Source of the DNA: a virus
IMG/VR virus record: IMGVR_UViG_3300020045_007008
Location: 1-64,000 of that record
DNA length: 64,000 bases
Reading direction: 5' to 3' (one strand)
The translations under genes were made by a program, and so were the position numbers. This document shows, in pieces, positions 1 through 9,448 of the stretch (its first letter is position 1; every line of letters begins with the position of its first letter). The notes under the pieces were generated by a model that searched no databases, was not told where the DNA came from, and worked only from the letters and a program-made list of their open reading frames with translations.

Positions 1-723
1 ATGGAACTGACAAAAGAAATTCAAAAATTAATAAAAGCTGATATTAGAAAATTTGCAACATCAGTAACAGAAACAACAAATAATACTATAAAGAATTTAG
101 TGATTGATACTATAGGTGGAGGAGGAACTAAATTAGATTTACAGAAAACACTAGGTATAATGTTTGATAAAGCAGAAGAATATAGAGCAAAGAGAATTGC
201 GGAAACCGAAACACAAAGATTTAATAATTCAGCATCAGAAAAAGCATTTATAGATTCAGAAATAGTCGAAGGAAAAGAGTGGTTCGTAAATCCTGGTGCT
301 TGTGAATTCTGTAAACCACTACAAGGAAAGACAATCGGATTAGGTAAAAGTTATTTTAAAAAAGGAGATACTATTATTATTGAAGATGGTTCAAAAATGA
401 CATTAGATTATGATTCAACAGAACATCCACCATTGCATCCAAATTGTTTGTGTGTTTTGATTCCAGTATTCAAACAAATAAAATCAATATCAGATTCAAC
501 AAAAAAGAAAATAAATAAAGAAGTGATAATTGTTGAAATAGATGATACGAAAAAAGAATATGAATTGAAGATAGAAGAATTGAAAAAGAAAATGAAAGAT
601 ATAGAGAAAATAAAAGAAAAAACAAAAGAAGAAAAAAATATAGCAAAAAAAGAAAGGAAAAATTTAGTAGAGTTTAGAAAAAAGATAGTGGAAGATTTTA
701 ATAATCAACAAGATGTCAAATAA
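1..723 (+). CDS. Phage head morphogenesis / minor capsid protein (SPP1 gp7 / Mu gpF family), probably 5'-truncated
   Basis: RAKRIAETET, KEW...ACEFC and HPPLHPNCLC motifs; lies upstream of protease and capsid. Confidence 0.85.
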   Translation: MELTKEIQKLIKADIRKFATSVTETTNNTIKNLVIDTIGGGGTKLDLQKTLGIMFDKAEEYRAKRIAETETQRFNNSASEKAFIDSEIVEGKEWFVNPGACEFCKPLQGKTIGLGKSYFKKGDTIIIEDGSKMTLDYDSTEHPPLHPNCLCVLIPVFKQIKSISDSTKKKINKEVIIVEIDDTKKEYELKIEELKKKMKDIEKIKEKTKEEKNIAKKERKNLVEFRKKIVEDFNNQQDVK

Positions 724-2530
724 ATTAGAAATAATTGAAAAAATAAATAGAGAATTGGGTGATACTGTTGAAATAAAAGAAACAAAGACAGTCAGATTAT
801 TAAATAGTGTAAAAGAATTATTAGAAACTGACGATACAAAAACAAATCTATTATCTATTAAAGATGAATTAATTAATATTTTAAATAAGATAGATTTAAA
901 AGATTATTCAGATAATTTTAAAATATTAGAAACAATTCTTGAAAAAATTAATGATAAAGAAACAAAAACAGACGAAATAGAAAGATTAATAAAAGAATTA
1001 ATCAATGCAATATCACTGGTTGAATATCCAGATAAAATAGAAGTAATTAATTTTCCAGAACCTAAAGATTTCCCTACATCAATATCAATAGATAATTTTC
1101 CAGAACAACAGAATAAAATAGAAGTAGTAAATTTTCCTGAACAGAAAGAATATCCGACTGAAATAAAAATATCCAATTTTCCAGAACAACAAAAGAGAAT
1201 AAAAGTAGATATAGATAAAAATATTGGTATTAAAAAACCAACTTGGTATAAGCCACTCATTTTACAACCATTTGTTTCTAGTATAATTGAAGCTTTAGAT
1301 GCAATATCAGATAAAATATTCAAAATTGATATAAGTAAACACAAAAAAGAAAATGAAGCAATAGCAGTAAAGCTAGTTGATAAAGATGGTAAGTTCATTG
1401 ATAAATTAATTCCAAATATAACAGTATCTAATCCAGTAGGAAGTGGAGGACCAGGGAGAACAACATTATATGATAAAAATGAAAAGCCAATTGATTCTGA
1501 TAATCCATTACCAGTTAGTGCTACATTAAATATTGGAGATATAGAAATTGGAGCAGTAGAAATAAAAGATGGTAATTCAGATACGAGATTAGACGTTGAA
1601 TTAGATAATGTTAAGAATGCAATATTTGTTCAGTCAGAAAGTTTAGCAAAAGAAAATACACTTCAATCAGTAGATGGTAGCTTAGACACAATATTAGCAG
1701 GTGCTACCGCTATAGGTGGAGTTAAGTTAGTTAATGAATCTGGTATATTATATGGCATTAAGCACGTTGATAATAAGATAAGAGTTTCCTCAATGTCTTA
1801 TTTATATGATATAGCAGAAGGAAATGTAGCTAATCATATTGGGTGGACAAAGACTGGATATAATGAGGGGCTAGGAGCGACAGAGGAAGATATGTGGAAT
1901 GTGGGAGGAACTTATATTTTTCCTACAGCAGAAATGCAGATGGAAGTAGTATCAAGTTCAGCAGATGATACATCTAATGGAACAGGAGTAAGAAAAGTAA
2001 AAATATGGTATTTAGATGATGCTGGAGTAGAAAAAACAGAAGAAATAACAATGAATGGAGCTACACCAGTTGCTACTACAGCTACAGATATATATCGAAT
2101 AAACCGTTTCAGGATTACAGCTACTGGTACTGGATTGAAAGCCGCAGGAAATATAGATATAAGAAATCTTGCAGACACACCAATATATGCAAGAATAAGT
2201 ACTGGAATGACAAGAGCTAGACAAGCAATATATACGGTGCCAGCAGGTAAAGTTTTATATATAACATCAGTCACGATGTCATGTGGCGCAAATGTATCCG
2301 GAAGATTAGTTAGATTCACCACTAGAGCTACTTATGATAATATAGCAGATACTATAAATAGCTGGTTTACTGCTTATACCGAAATATATTTAGAAGATAA
2401 TGCGATAACAGTATCATTAGAAATACCGACCCATTTTCATCCTTTAGTAGATATAAAAGTTTCCGCAATAAGCCCAGATGGTGCCGCAAGTGGCAATACT
2501 ACATTAAGAGGTTGGCTAGAAAATGAATAA
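713..2530 (+). CDS. Hypothetical virion-associated protein with coiled coil, NFPE repeats and beta-rich C-terminal domain
   Basis: 605-aa ORF in the head module; four IxVxNFPE-like repeats. Confidence 0.55.
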   Translation: MSNKLEIIEKINRELGDTVEIKETKTVRLLNSVKELLETDDTKTNLLSIKDELINILNKIDLKDYSDNFKILETILEKINDKETKTDEIERLIKELINAISLVEYPDKIEVINFPEPKDFPTSISIDNFPEQQNKIEVVNFPEQKEYPTEIKISNFPEQQKRIKVDIDKNIGIKKPTWYKPLILQPFVSSIIEALDAISDKIFKIDISKHKKENEAIAVKLVDKDGKFIDKLIPNITVSNPVGSGGPGRTTLYDKNEKPIDSDNPLPVSATLNIGDIEIGAVEIKDGNSDTRLDVELDNVKNAIFVQSESLAKENTLQSVDGSLDTILAGATAIGGVKLVNESGILYGIKHVDNKIRVSSMSYLYDIAEGNVANHIGWTKTGYNEGLGATEEDMWNVGGTYIFPTAEMQMEVVSSSADDTSNGTGVRKVKIWYLDDAGVEKTEEITMNGATPVATTATDIYRINRFRITATGTGLKAAGNIDIRNLADTPIYARISTGMTRARQAIYTVPAGKVLYITSVTMSCGANVSGRLVRFTTRATYDNIADTINSWFTAYTEIYLEDNAITVSLEIPTHFHPLVDIKVSAISPDGAASGNTTLRGWLENE

Positions 2531-2551
2531 AATAAAAATTAAAAACAAAAT

Positions 2552-2710
2552 ATGCAAGAATTCTTAAATGCAGTTGCAAACTTTGGATTCCCAATAGTGG
2601 TGTCTGGATATCTATTATTTAGAATGGAAAAAACTATTGGTAATCTAGCAATAGAAACAAGTAACTTGAAAAATGAAATAACTAAACTTTGCGATAAGAT
2701 AAATAAATAA
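2552..2710 (+). CDS. YvrJ-like small membrane protein (possible holin); not in ORF track
   Basis: Hand translation MQEFLNAVANFGFPIVVSGYLLFRMEKTIGNL...; the GFPIVVSxYLLxRxEK pattern is typical of YvrJ. Confidence 0.6.
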   Translation: MQEFLNAVANFGFPIVVSGYLLFRMEKTIGNLAIETSNLKNEITKLCDKINK

Positions 2711-2711
2711 T

Positions 2712-3032
2712 ATGACTGAAACTCTTAAAATGATATTTGAAATTCCATTGTTATGGCAATCACTTGGTCTAGTAACTGCTATTTCATTATTTATATCACC
2801 AATTCTATATAATGGCGATTATAAAACAGCAAGTAAATCATTAGTAATAATCGGAGGGTATGCGACATTCGTTGGACTATTAGAAATTTCATGTTTATCA
2901 ATGAAAGATGAATTTGGAATAAGTCTATGGATAAAACCAATTGCACTTTTAGTATTAGTTGCAATGTCATATGCTTTTGGATTATTTCTAGGAGTTTATA
3001 TACATAATAAAAGTAAAAAAAGATTAAAATAA
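2712..3032 (+). CDS. Small membrane protein with about three TM helices
   Basis: Three hydrophobic stretches and a basic C-terminus. Confidence 0.6.
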   Translation: MTETLKMIFEIPLLWQSLGLVTAISLFISPILYNGDYKTASKSLVIIGGYATFVGLLEISCLSMKDEFGISLWIKPIALLVLVAMSYAFGLFLGVYIHNKSKKRLK

Positions 3033-3036
3033 AAAT

Positions 3037-4176
3037 ATGAATAAAAAAGAAATCCAAGCATTAACTGAAAAAATAAATGGTAAGATGACTGCTATAGCAT
3101 CTACTGAAGCAGTTGATAGAGTTGGGGATAGTATAAAAGTTAGAGATTGGGATTTTAAAAACTTTAAAAGAAATCCAGTATTACAAGCAGGACATGATTA
3201 TCATCCGCTTAGTACAATAGGTATTGCTAAAAATATTAGAATAAAAGATAATCAAGTTATTTTTGAACCAATGTTTCATGAAATAACTTCACTAGCAAGA
3301 GAAATTAAAAAGATGTATGAAGATGGTTATTTAACAGCCTGGTCAGTGGGATTTATTCCAGCACAAGAAGAGGGAGGCAAACATGAATTATTAGAAGTAT
3401 CAGCAGTTGCTGTTCCTGCTAATGCAGAAGCACTTACAACACTGAGTCAGAAATCAATAAAGAATGCGACAATAGATGATGAAAAAAAGATAGATGATTT
3501 TATAAAAAAATCTATTGATGATAAAATAGAAATTAATCAAGATAATATAGAGGAATCTGTAGAAGAAATAATTGAAGAAATAGAAGAAACATTAGAAGAT
3601 AAAGTAGAAGAAAAGGAAAATAAAGTAGATACAATAGAAGAGCAATTATCAGATGATGATAAAAGAAAAAAGAAATGGGACAATTTATCTAAGGTTGATA
3701 AAATTATATATGCCTTTTATCAAGTTTATTTACAAGAAGAAAAAGAAGTAGAGTCATTCAAAGAATTATTGAATGAAGCAATTGGCCTTTTAACCAATGT
3801 AGTAAAGAGTAAAAAAGAATTTGATAAAAAAGAATTAAAAGACTTCACTGGTAGTATGGTTGATATTCTAGAAAGAAAAGAAGGAAAAGTTATATCGAAA
3901 AAGAATAGGGAAGTAATTACTAAGACTGTTGAAAATTTAAATAATACCGTCGAGGCACTGGAGAAACTATTAACACTATCTAATGATTCTAAGGAATTAG
4001 AGATAGTAGATACTCCAGAAAATGCAATTAAAAATGACGAAATAAAGGTCGATGAAAAAACTCAAATAAGAAAGGCACAAAAGAGTAAATATACTCAAGA
4101 AAATATAGCAGTGCGTATCTTACAACAAATTAACAAACAATCAAGTTATGGCTTGAATAAAATAAAAAATAAATAA
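3037..4176 (+). CDS. HK97-family prohead protease with acidic C-terminal extension
   Basis: ASTEAVDRVGD, NPVLQAGHD, AWSVGF, ELLEVSAVAVPAN motifs. Confidence 0.9.
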   Translation: MNKKEIQALTEKINGKMTAIASTEAVDRVGDSIKVRDWDFKNFKRNPVLQAGHDYHPLSTIGIAKNIRIKDNQVIFEPMFHEITSLAREIKKMYEDGYLTAWSVGFIPAQEEGGKHELLEVSAVAVPANAEALTTLSQKSIKNATIDDEKKIDDFIKKSIDDKIEINQDNIEESVEEIIEEIEETLEDKVEEKENKVDTIEEQLSDDDKRKKKWDNLSKVDKIIYAFYQVYLQEEKEVESFKELLNEAIGLLTNVVKSKKEFDKKELKDFTGSMVDILERKEGKVISKKNREVITKTVENLNNTVEALEKLLTLSNDSKELEIVDTPENAIKNDEIKVDEKTQIRKAQKSKYTQENIAVRILQQINKQSSYGLNKIKNK

Positions 4177-4180
4177 AAAT

Positions 4181-5392
4181 ATGAAAATAGTAAAGACAAT
4201 AAATGGTAAGAAATACCTTGTTGATACAGATTTGAAAACTATGGAGGAAGTTGAAGAAGAAACTGATGAGGTCGAAACCGATGGTGGTGATACCGATGAT
4301 GTTACTATTCAAAAAGCCGCTGAAGATGTAGTCGCTGGTCTTGGTTTGGATAAAATCCAGAAACAGCTTGCAGATTTAACAGCTAAGCTCGATAGTAAAG
4401 ATGAAAAGAAAGATAAGAAAACTTCAAAATTGTTAGACCTAGAGGCATTGATGCAGAAAGATGTATCAGAAATGACTGCTAGAGAAAAGACAATTGGTTT
4501 CTTCCAAGCAATTCTACAGAATAATGTTCCTGTATTGAAAGCATTATCTGAAGGAACAGCCGCTGATGGTGGTTATTTGTTCCCAGATGAATTCCGTAGC
4601 GAAATCATCAGAGATATTGAGGAAGGTCGATATATGCGTTCTCATGTGCGTGTAGTTCCGATGAAAAGAGATGTGATGAAAATCCCGTCCTTAGCAACAA
4701 AGCCGAAAGTTAGTTGGACTGAAGAAAATGCAGCTAAATCCACTACAACTGCCGCTTTTGGTGAACAGACACTCACAGTTAAGAAAATGGCCGCTATTCT
4801 ATATGCATCAGATGAGTTGATTGAAGATTCCACTGAGATTGATGTAGTTCAATTAATCATTGGTCTTTTCTCAGAAGCAATTGGTGAAGAGGAAGATAAA
4901 GTTATTTGTCAAGGTAATGGAACAACACAGCCGACTGGTTTGACTACAGCTGTTACAGCAGGTACAATCGGTTCAGTTGCATGTTCTGGCAACCTTAGTT
5001 TCGATAATATTTTGAATTTGCTTTATGCACTTCCTAATAAATATCATCGAAATGCAAAATTCTTTGTCAATAGAACAAACATCAGAGAATTGAGAAAATT
5101 AAAAGATGGTGATAATAGATATCTTTGGGCAGAGCCAGTTGCGGCTGGTGTTCCTCCGACTATGTTCGGTTTTCCGGTTATTGAAGCAAATGACCTTCCA
5201 GAGGCAACAATTATCTTTGGTGATTTGATGAAAGGATATTGGTTGGGTGATAGACACCAAATGAGAGTAAAGATTTCACAAGATACTACACAAGCATTTG
5301 TAAATGATGAAACGGCTATCAGAGTTGTTGAAAGAATTGCGGGTAATGTCGTATTAGGCGCCGCTATTAAAGCGTTGACTTCGATTCCATAA
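4181..5392 (+). CDS. Major capsid protein, HK97 fold
   Basis: ADGGYLFPDEF, WTEENAAK, SDELIEDS, LKDGDNRYLW, IFGD motifs; follows the protease. Confidence 0.95.
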   Translation: MKIVKTINGKKYLVDTDLKTMEEVEEETDEVETDGGDTDDVTIQKAAEDVVAGLGLDKIQKQLADLTAKLDSKDEKKDKKTSKLLDLEALMQKDVSEMTAREKTIGFFQAILQNNVPVLKALSEGTAADGGYLFPDEFRSEIIRDIEEGRYMRSHVRVVPMKRDVMKIPSLATKPKVSWTEENAAKSTTTAAFGEQTLTVKKMAAILYASDELIEDSTEIDVVQLIIGLFSEAIGEEEDKVICQGNGTTQPTGLTTAVTAGTIGSVACSGNLSFDNILNLLYALPNKYHRNAKFFVNRTNIRELRKLKDGDNRYLWAEPVAAGVPPTMFGFPVIEANDLPEATIIFGDLMKGYWLGDRHQMRVKISQDTTQAFVNDETAIRVVERIAGNVVLGAAIKALTSIP

Positions 5393-5413
5393 TCCTAGTT
5401 AAATAGTTTATAT

Positions 5414-5439
5414 GGGGCATAGTTTAAATATTATGCCCC
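5414..5439 (+). terminator. Hairpin after capsid gene (attenuator or mRNA stabiliser)
   Basis: GGGGCATA / TATGCCCC 8-bp stem; no U-tract. Confidence 0.5.
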
Positions 5440-5452
5440 TATAAATAAAAAT

Positions 5453-5650
5453 ATGAAAGTCAAATTAATAGAACAATTTAGAGGAAATAAAGAAGGTGAA
5501 ATAATAGAGGTTGATGATAAAGTTGGAAATGATTTAATAAATCAGAAAATAGCAACAAATATACAAACAAAAGATTATTTAGTAAAAACAAAGATGGGGA
5601 AGACAAAAGCATTTAATTCTTCTCCCAATATAAAAAAATATGAAAAATAA
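5453..5650 (+). CDS. Small hypothetical head-associated protein
   Basis: MKVKL...GEIIEVDD...LI...A pattern is common directly after capsid genes. Confidence 0.6.
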   Translation: MKVKLIEQFRGNKEGEIIEVDDKVGNDLINQKIATNIQTKDYLVKTKMGKTKAFNSSPNIKKYEK

Positions 5651-6104
5651 AGATTCAATGAAAGTAAAGGGATTTTTTCGTGTTCAAATTACAGAAGATG
5701 GTAAAGGGGTAGTTGGTGATTCCGGCTGGAAAAAGAACCAGGTTACTAATCTTGGTATTCAAGATTATGTAGTACAATGGTTATGTTCTGGTGCAGGTGG
5801 AAAAGCTATTACTCATTTAGCATTAGGAAGTGGTTCTGCTCCTGCGTCAAATGCAACATCATTAGAGGGTGAAGTTGTAAAAAGACAAGCAGTAACAACA
5901 TCTATTGTATCAAGTAGAACAGCACAGTTTACTGGACAATTTGCTAGTGCAAATTCCTTTGTAACTAATACACAAAATATCTCAAATGTAGGTTTATTTA
6001 ATACCTCATCTGGTGGAACTATTTTTGCAGGTAATACCTATGCATCAAGTTCTTGTGCCACAAACCAGAACGTCAACGTCACATATCAGATTAGATTCTC
6101 CTAA
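5640..6104 (+). CDS. Small beta-rich fibre/collar-type structural protein
   Basis: VTNLG...ITHLALGSG..P....TSLEGE...NVGLFN pattern resembles tail-collar fibre N-domains; similar to 20348..20926. Confidence 0.6.
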   Translation: MKNKDSMKVKGFFRVQITEDGKGVVGDSGWKKNQVTNLGIQDYVVQWLCSGAGGKAITHLALGSGSAPASNATSLEGEVVKRQAVTTSIVSSRTAQFTGQFASANSFVTNTQNISNVGLFNTSSGGTIFAGNTYASSSCATNQNVNVTYQIRFS

Positions 6105-6151
6105 TAAATAAAGTATAAAAATAAAGTGTTTAATAATTTAATATTAATATT

Positions 6152-6685
6152 ATGGTTAAGAAAAATGTAAGTACCAAAAACAAAAAGATTATTGAAGATA
6201 AAAAAGGAATACGATTAGATATTGGTTGTGGTGGAAATAAAATGCCTGGATTTGTAGGAATAGATATTAGAAAAATGGAAGGTGTAGATATTGTTCAAGA
6301 TTTGGAACAATTCCCTTGGGATTTGCCAGATAATTGTGCAGATGTAGCGGTTGCTTCTCACGTTGTTGAACATATTAATCCCGCTCGTGGAACATTTCTA
6401 AAATTTATGGACGAGGTCTGGAGAATTTTAAAGCCAGATTGTGAATTTATGATAGCCGCACCTTATGCTGGTTCACCTGGATATTGGCAAGACCCAACCC
6501 ATATTAATCCGTGTAATGAAATCACTTGGGAATATTTTGACCCATTGGCACCTATTACAGGTGGACAATTATATAGAATTTACACACCCAAGCCGTGGAA
6601 AATCAAAGTGAACACCTGGTCTAATAATGGAAATATCGAAGTGGTTCTAATCAAAAGACGAGAAGACCCTAGTTATCTTAAATAA
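6152..6685 (+). CDS. Class I SAM-dependent methyltransferase
   Basis: RLDIGCG motif I, ASHVVEH, EVWRILKP, WQDPTH. Confidence 0.85.
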   Translation: MVKKNVSTKNKKIIEDKKGIRLDIGCGGNKMPGFVGIDIRKMEGVDIVQDLEQFPWDLPDNCADVAVASHVVEHINPARGTFLKFMDEVWRILKPDCEFMIAAPYAGSPGYWQDPTHINPCNEITWEYFDPLAPITGGQLYRIYTPKPWKIKVNTWSNNGNIEVVLIKRREDPSYLK

Positions 6686-6708
6686 TTAATTATAGTGTAT
6701 AAAAAAGT

Positions 6709-7521
6709 ATGACAAACAAAAAAAATAAATTAGATACAGCTAATGCAATAGATATAAATAGAGGTGAATGGCATAATAGAATATTAATTGCAACACCAGC
6801 AACTGGTTTAGTTAGAATGGAATGGGTACACGCAAGATATGGTCAAATTATTCCTACTAATTGGAGTCAAGTTGAATTAACACAATGGATTAATAGCTAT
6901 GTGCCATTGAAATATCTTTTGCCTGATGCTGAAAATCTAATCGCTAAAGTAGCAATAGAAGGAAATTTTGAATGGGTATTGAGCATTGAACAGGATAATG
7001 TATTGCCAGTTGATGCTTTTTTTAGAATAAATGAGTATATGAAAGAAAAGAAAGTACCGATTGTTTCTGGATTATATTTTACAAAATCAAATCCACCAGA
7101 ACCTATTATGTATAGAGGAAGAGGTAATGGAGCATTTGAAGATTGGAAATTAGGTGATAAAGTTTGGGTTGATGGTATTCCATTTGGATTCACATTAATG
7201 CATACATCTATTCTAAAAGCATTATGGGATGAAAGTCCAGAATATAATGTTAATGGTCAGATAACAAGAAGGGTATTTGATTTGCCAGATAGAAATTGGG
7301 GTAGTCCAGAAGATGGATATGGTGCAGTAAGGGGTACAACAGATTTAGCTTGGTGTACAAGAATTATGGAAAATAAAATCTTTGAAAAAGCTGGATGGCC
7401 AGAATATGAAGGAAAACAATTTCCATTTCTAGTTGACACCAACATTTTCATCGAGCACATATCCGATGATGGAAGAAAGTATCCATTAGGTGGTGTTCCT
7501 GCTAAGTATTTGAATAAATAA
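6709..7521 (+). CDS. GT-A fold (GT2-like) glycosyltransferase
   Basis: ILIATP, WVLSIEQD (DxD-like), IVSGLY, FGFTLM, TDLAWC, VDTNIFIEH. Confidence 0.7.
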   Translation: MTNKKNKLDTANAIDINRGEWHNRILIATPATGLVRMEWVHARYGQIIPTNWSQVELTQWINSYVPLKYLLPDAENLIAKVAIEGNFEWVLSIEQDNVLPVDAFFRINEYMKEKKVPIVSGLYFTKSNPPEPIMYRGRGNGAFEDWKLGDKVWVDGIPFGFTLMHTSILKALWDESPEYNVNGQITRRVFDLPDRNWGSPEDGYGAVRGTTDLAWCTRIMENKIFEKAGWPEYEGKQFPFLVDTNIFIEHISDDGRKYPLGGVPAKYLNK

Positions 7522-7575
7522 ATGCAAGAGTTATTAGATAAAAGACAATATACATCGAAAACAGTATCTTAAATT

Positions 7576-9009
7576 ATGGATTTCCCAGTAGATTGGGGGC
7601 GTAAATGCCCTCTCACAATTCAATCTAGCCAAGTAGATGAAACACTTACCAGTTTTCCAGTTTTATTTACAGTGGATAATTTACCGTCTGAAATGTTTGA
7701 CGCTGATGGTTCTAATCCAGCCCTAAATGGTGGCGGTGATATTCGTTTTAGTTCAGATGCTGACGGTAATACTCGAATACCTTGTGAAGTGGTTAGTTTT
7801 ATCACTAACAATACTCCAGCTAATGGAAGTGCTGAAATATGGGTAAAAGTACCAAGCGTTTCTGCCTCAACTGATACAACTATTTATGTTTGGTATAATA
7901 AAACAGGTGAAAGCCAGCCAGCGGCGAATGATACCTATGGTAGTCAGAATGTTTGGGATAGTAACTATAAAGCCGTTTATCATTTTTTTGGTAACTCTAA
8001 TGATAGTACAGCTAGTGGGTTCAATGGCACAGATAGTAATGTTTCTTACACAAATAGTTATGCGACATTCAATGGGTCTAGTTCTAAAATAACAACTGGA
8101 AATATAGGTATAGGGGGGGCAAGTGCTAGGACATATTTTGCAAGAGCTTATGTAGACTCCACAAGTTCTTCTCAAGCTAATCTTTTCGGACACGGTACTG
8201 AATCTGCATCTACGTCAGACCATCTTTATGTTTATTTACCGTGGGGTTCTCCGTGGAGCGATGGGCCTGGCTTTTATAACGGCCATTATTCAAATGACTG
8301 GTATACAGCATCTAATCAATACTCATATAATGAATTCACTAATCTAGTCACAAGCTACAATGGTGGAGCGCCAAGTTCTTCAGCTAAGATTTTCATTAAT
8401 GGTGCTTCAAAAACCGTGACTGGTGCAAGTTCAACAACCTTGAATACAAATGATAGTAATTATGGTATAGGATATCAACGAGCGACAAACAATAACTATT
8501 TTAAAGGGAGAATTGATGAATTAAGATTCTCAAATACACAACGGTCGAATGGTTGGGTAGCAGTTGAGAGTCTGAGTTTAAGTGCACCCGCAACATTAAT
8601 AGTTGATGGTACTCCAGAAACTCCCGGTGGAGCAATAGATTTAGATGTAAATAAATCTGACACACAAACAAACATAGAATTTACTGATGTTATTATTGAT
8701 AATACTAGAGATTCTAATAATTATGATACCCAATCAATCACAGAAAGTATCATTACAGCACTAGATAATAACAATATAGATATATCTAGTTCAGTAACAT
8801 TAACTGATGTAATATCAAATATAATTATCGAAACATTTATTAATAATTATGACAATGTAAATATTACAGATGTAATAACAATATTAAATGAATTATCAAC
8901 AATAAACGTAAGTGATATTCAAAATATAGTTGAAAATATAACTATGGATACATCACTAGCAGATATTAATCCTACATTATTAAATAAAAAAACAGTAAAA
9001 ATATGGTAA
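7576..9009 (+). CDS. DUF2341 + LamG/ConA-like lectin fibre protein with C-terminal DxxxIxE repeats
   Basis: FPVL...GGDIRF...IWVKVP...IYVWY; FNGSSS...FKGRIDELRFS. Confidence 0.75.
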   Translation: MDFPVDWGRKCPLTIQSSQVDETLTSFPVLFTVDNLPSEMFDADGSNPALNGGGDIRFSSDADGNTRIPCEVVSFITNNTPANGSAEIWVKVPSVSASTDTTIYVWYNKTGESQPAANDTYGSQNVWDSNYKAVYHFFGNSNDSTASGFNGTDSNVSYTNSYATFNGSSSKITTGNIGIGGASARTYFARAYVDSTSSSQANLFGHGTESASTSDHLYVYLPWGSPWSDGPGFYNGHYSNDWYTASNQYSYNEFTNLVTSYNGGAPSSSAKIFINGASKTVTGASSTTLNTNDSNYGIGYQRATNNNYFKGRIDELRFSNTQRSNGWVAVESLSLSAPATLIVDGTPETPGGAIDLDVNKSDTQTNIEFTDVIIDNTRDSNNYDTQSITESIITALDNNNIDISSSVTLTDVISNIIIETFINNYDNVNITDVITILNELSTINVSDIQNIVENITMDTSLADINPTLLNKKTVKIW

Positions 9010-9206
9010 CATCGAATATTCCAGAAAATTTACTAAAAGAAAACTGGAGGGAAGACCATTTAAATTATAAACACGATAGTATGTCATTCACTTGGTGTCC
9101 ATTATGTATGGCTAAATTAGATGGAGAAAAAAGTAATGAAAAAAGAAATGATTTAGGTATAAATGTATCTGATAAAATAAAACCAACAGCAGTATTTGGT
9201 AGATAA
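9003..9206 (+). CDS. Hypothetical protein (CxxC)
   Basis: ORF overlapping its neighbours within the operon. Confidence 0.45.
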   Translation: MVTSNIPENLLKENWREDHLNYKHDSMSFTWCPLCMAKLDGEKSNEKRNDLGINVSDKIKPTAVFGR

Positions 9207-9447
9207 TATGAATATAAATACATTAGAAATAAGAATAGTAGAAACAATCAGCATAACTGATGTATTTTATTGTGTTAAAAAAAGTATTGAAAAAATTATT
9301 AATTTTATAAAAAATGTTGTAGAAAACTTTGTAATAAAAATATTATTTTCTGGCGTGCATAATTATAGTAATCCACCTAACAAATTAATTAGAATGAAAT
9401 TAGATGAAAGTTTAAAGTTTTCATTTGCTTTTGTTCTTTACAATTAA
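9196..9447 (+). CDS. Hypothetical protein
   Basis: Fills the gap; has one ETISITD repeat-like unit. Confidence 0.35.
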   Translation: MVDNMNINTLEIRIVETISITDVFYCVKKSIEKIINFIKNVVENFVIKILFSGVHNYSNPPNKLIRMKLDESLKFSFAFVLYN

Positions 9448-9448
9448 T

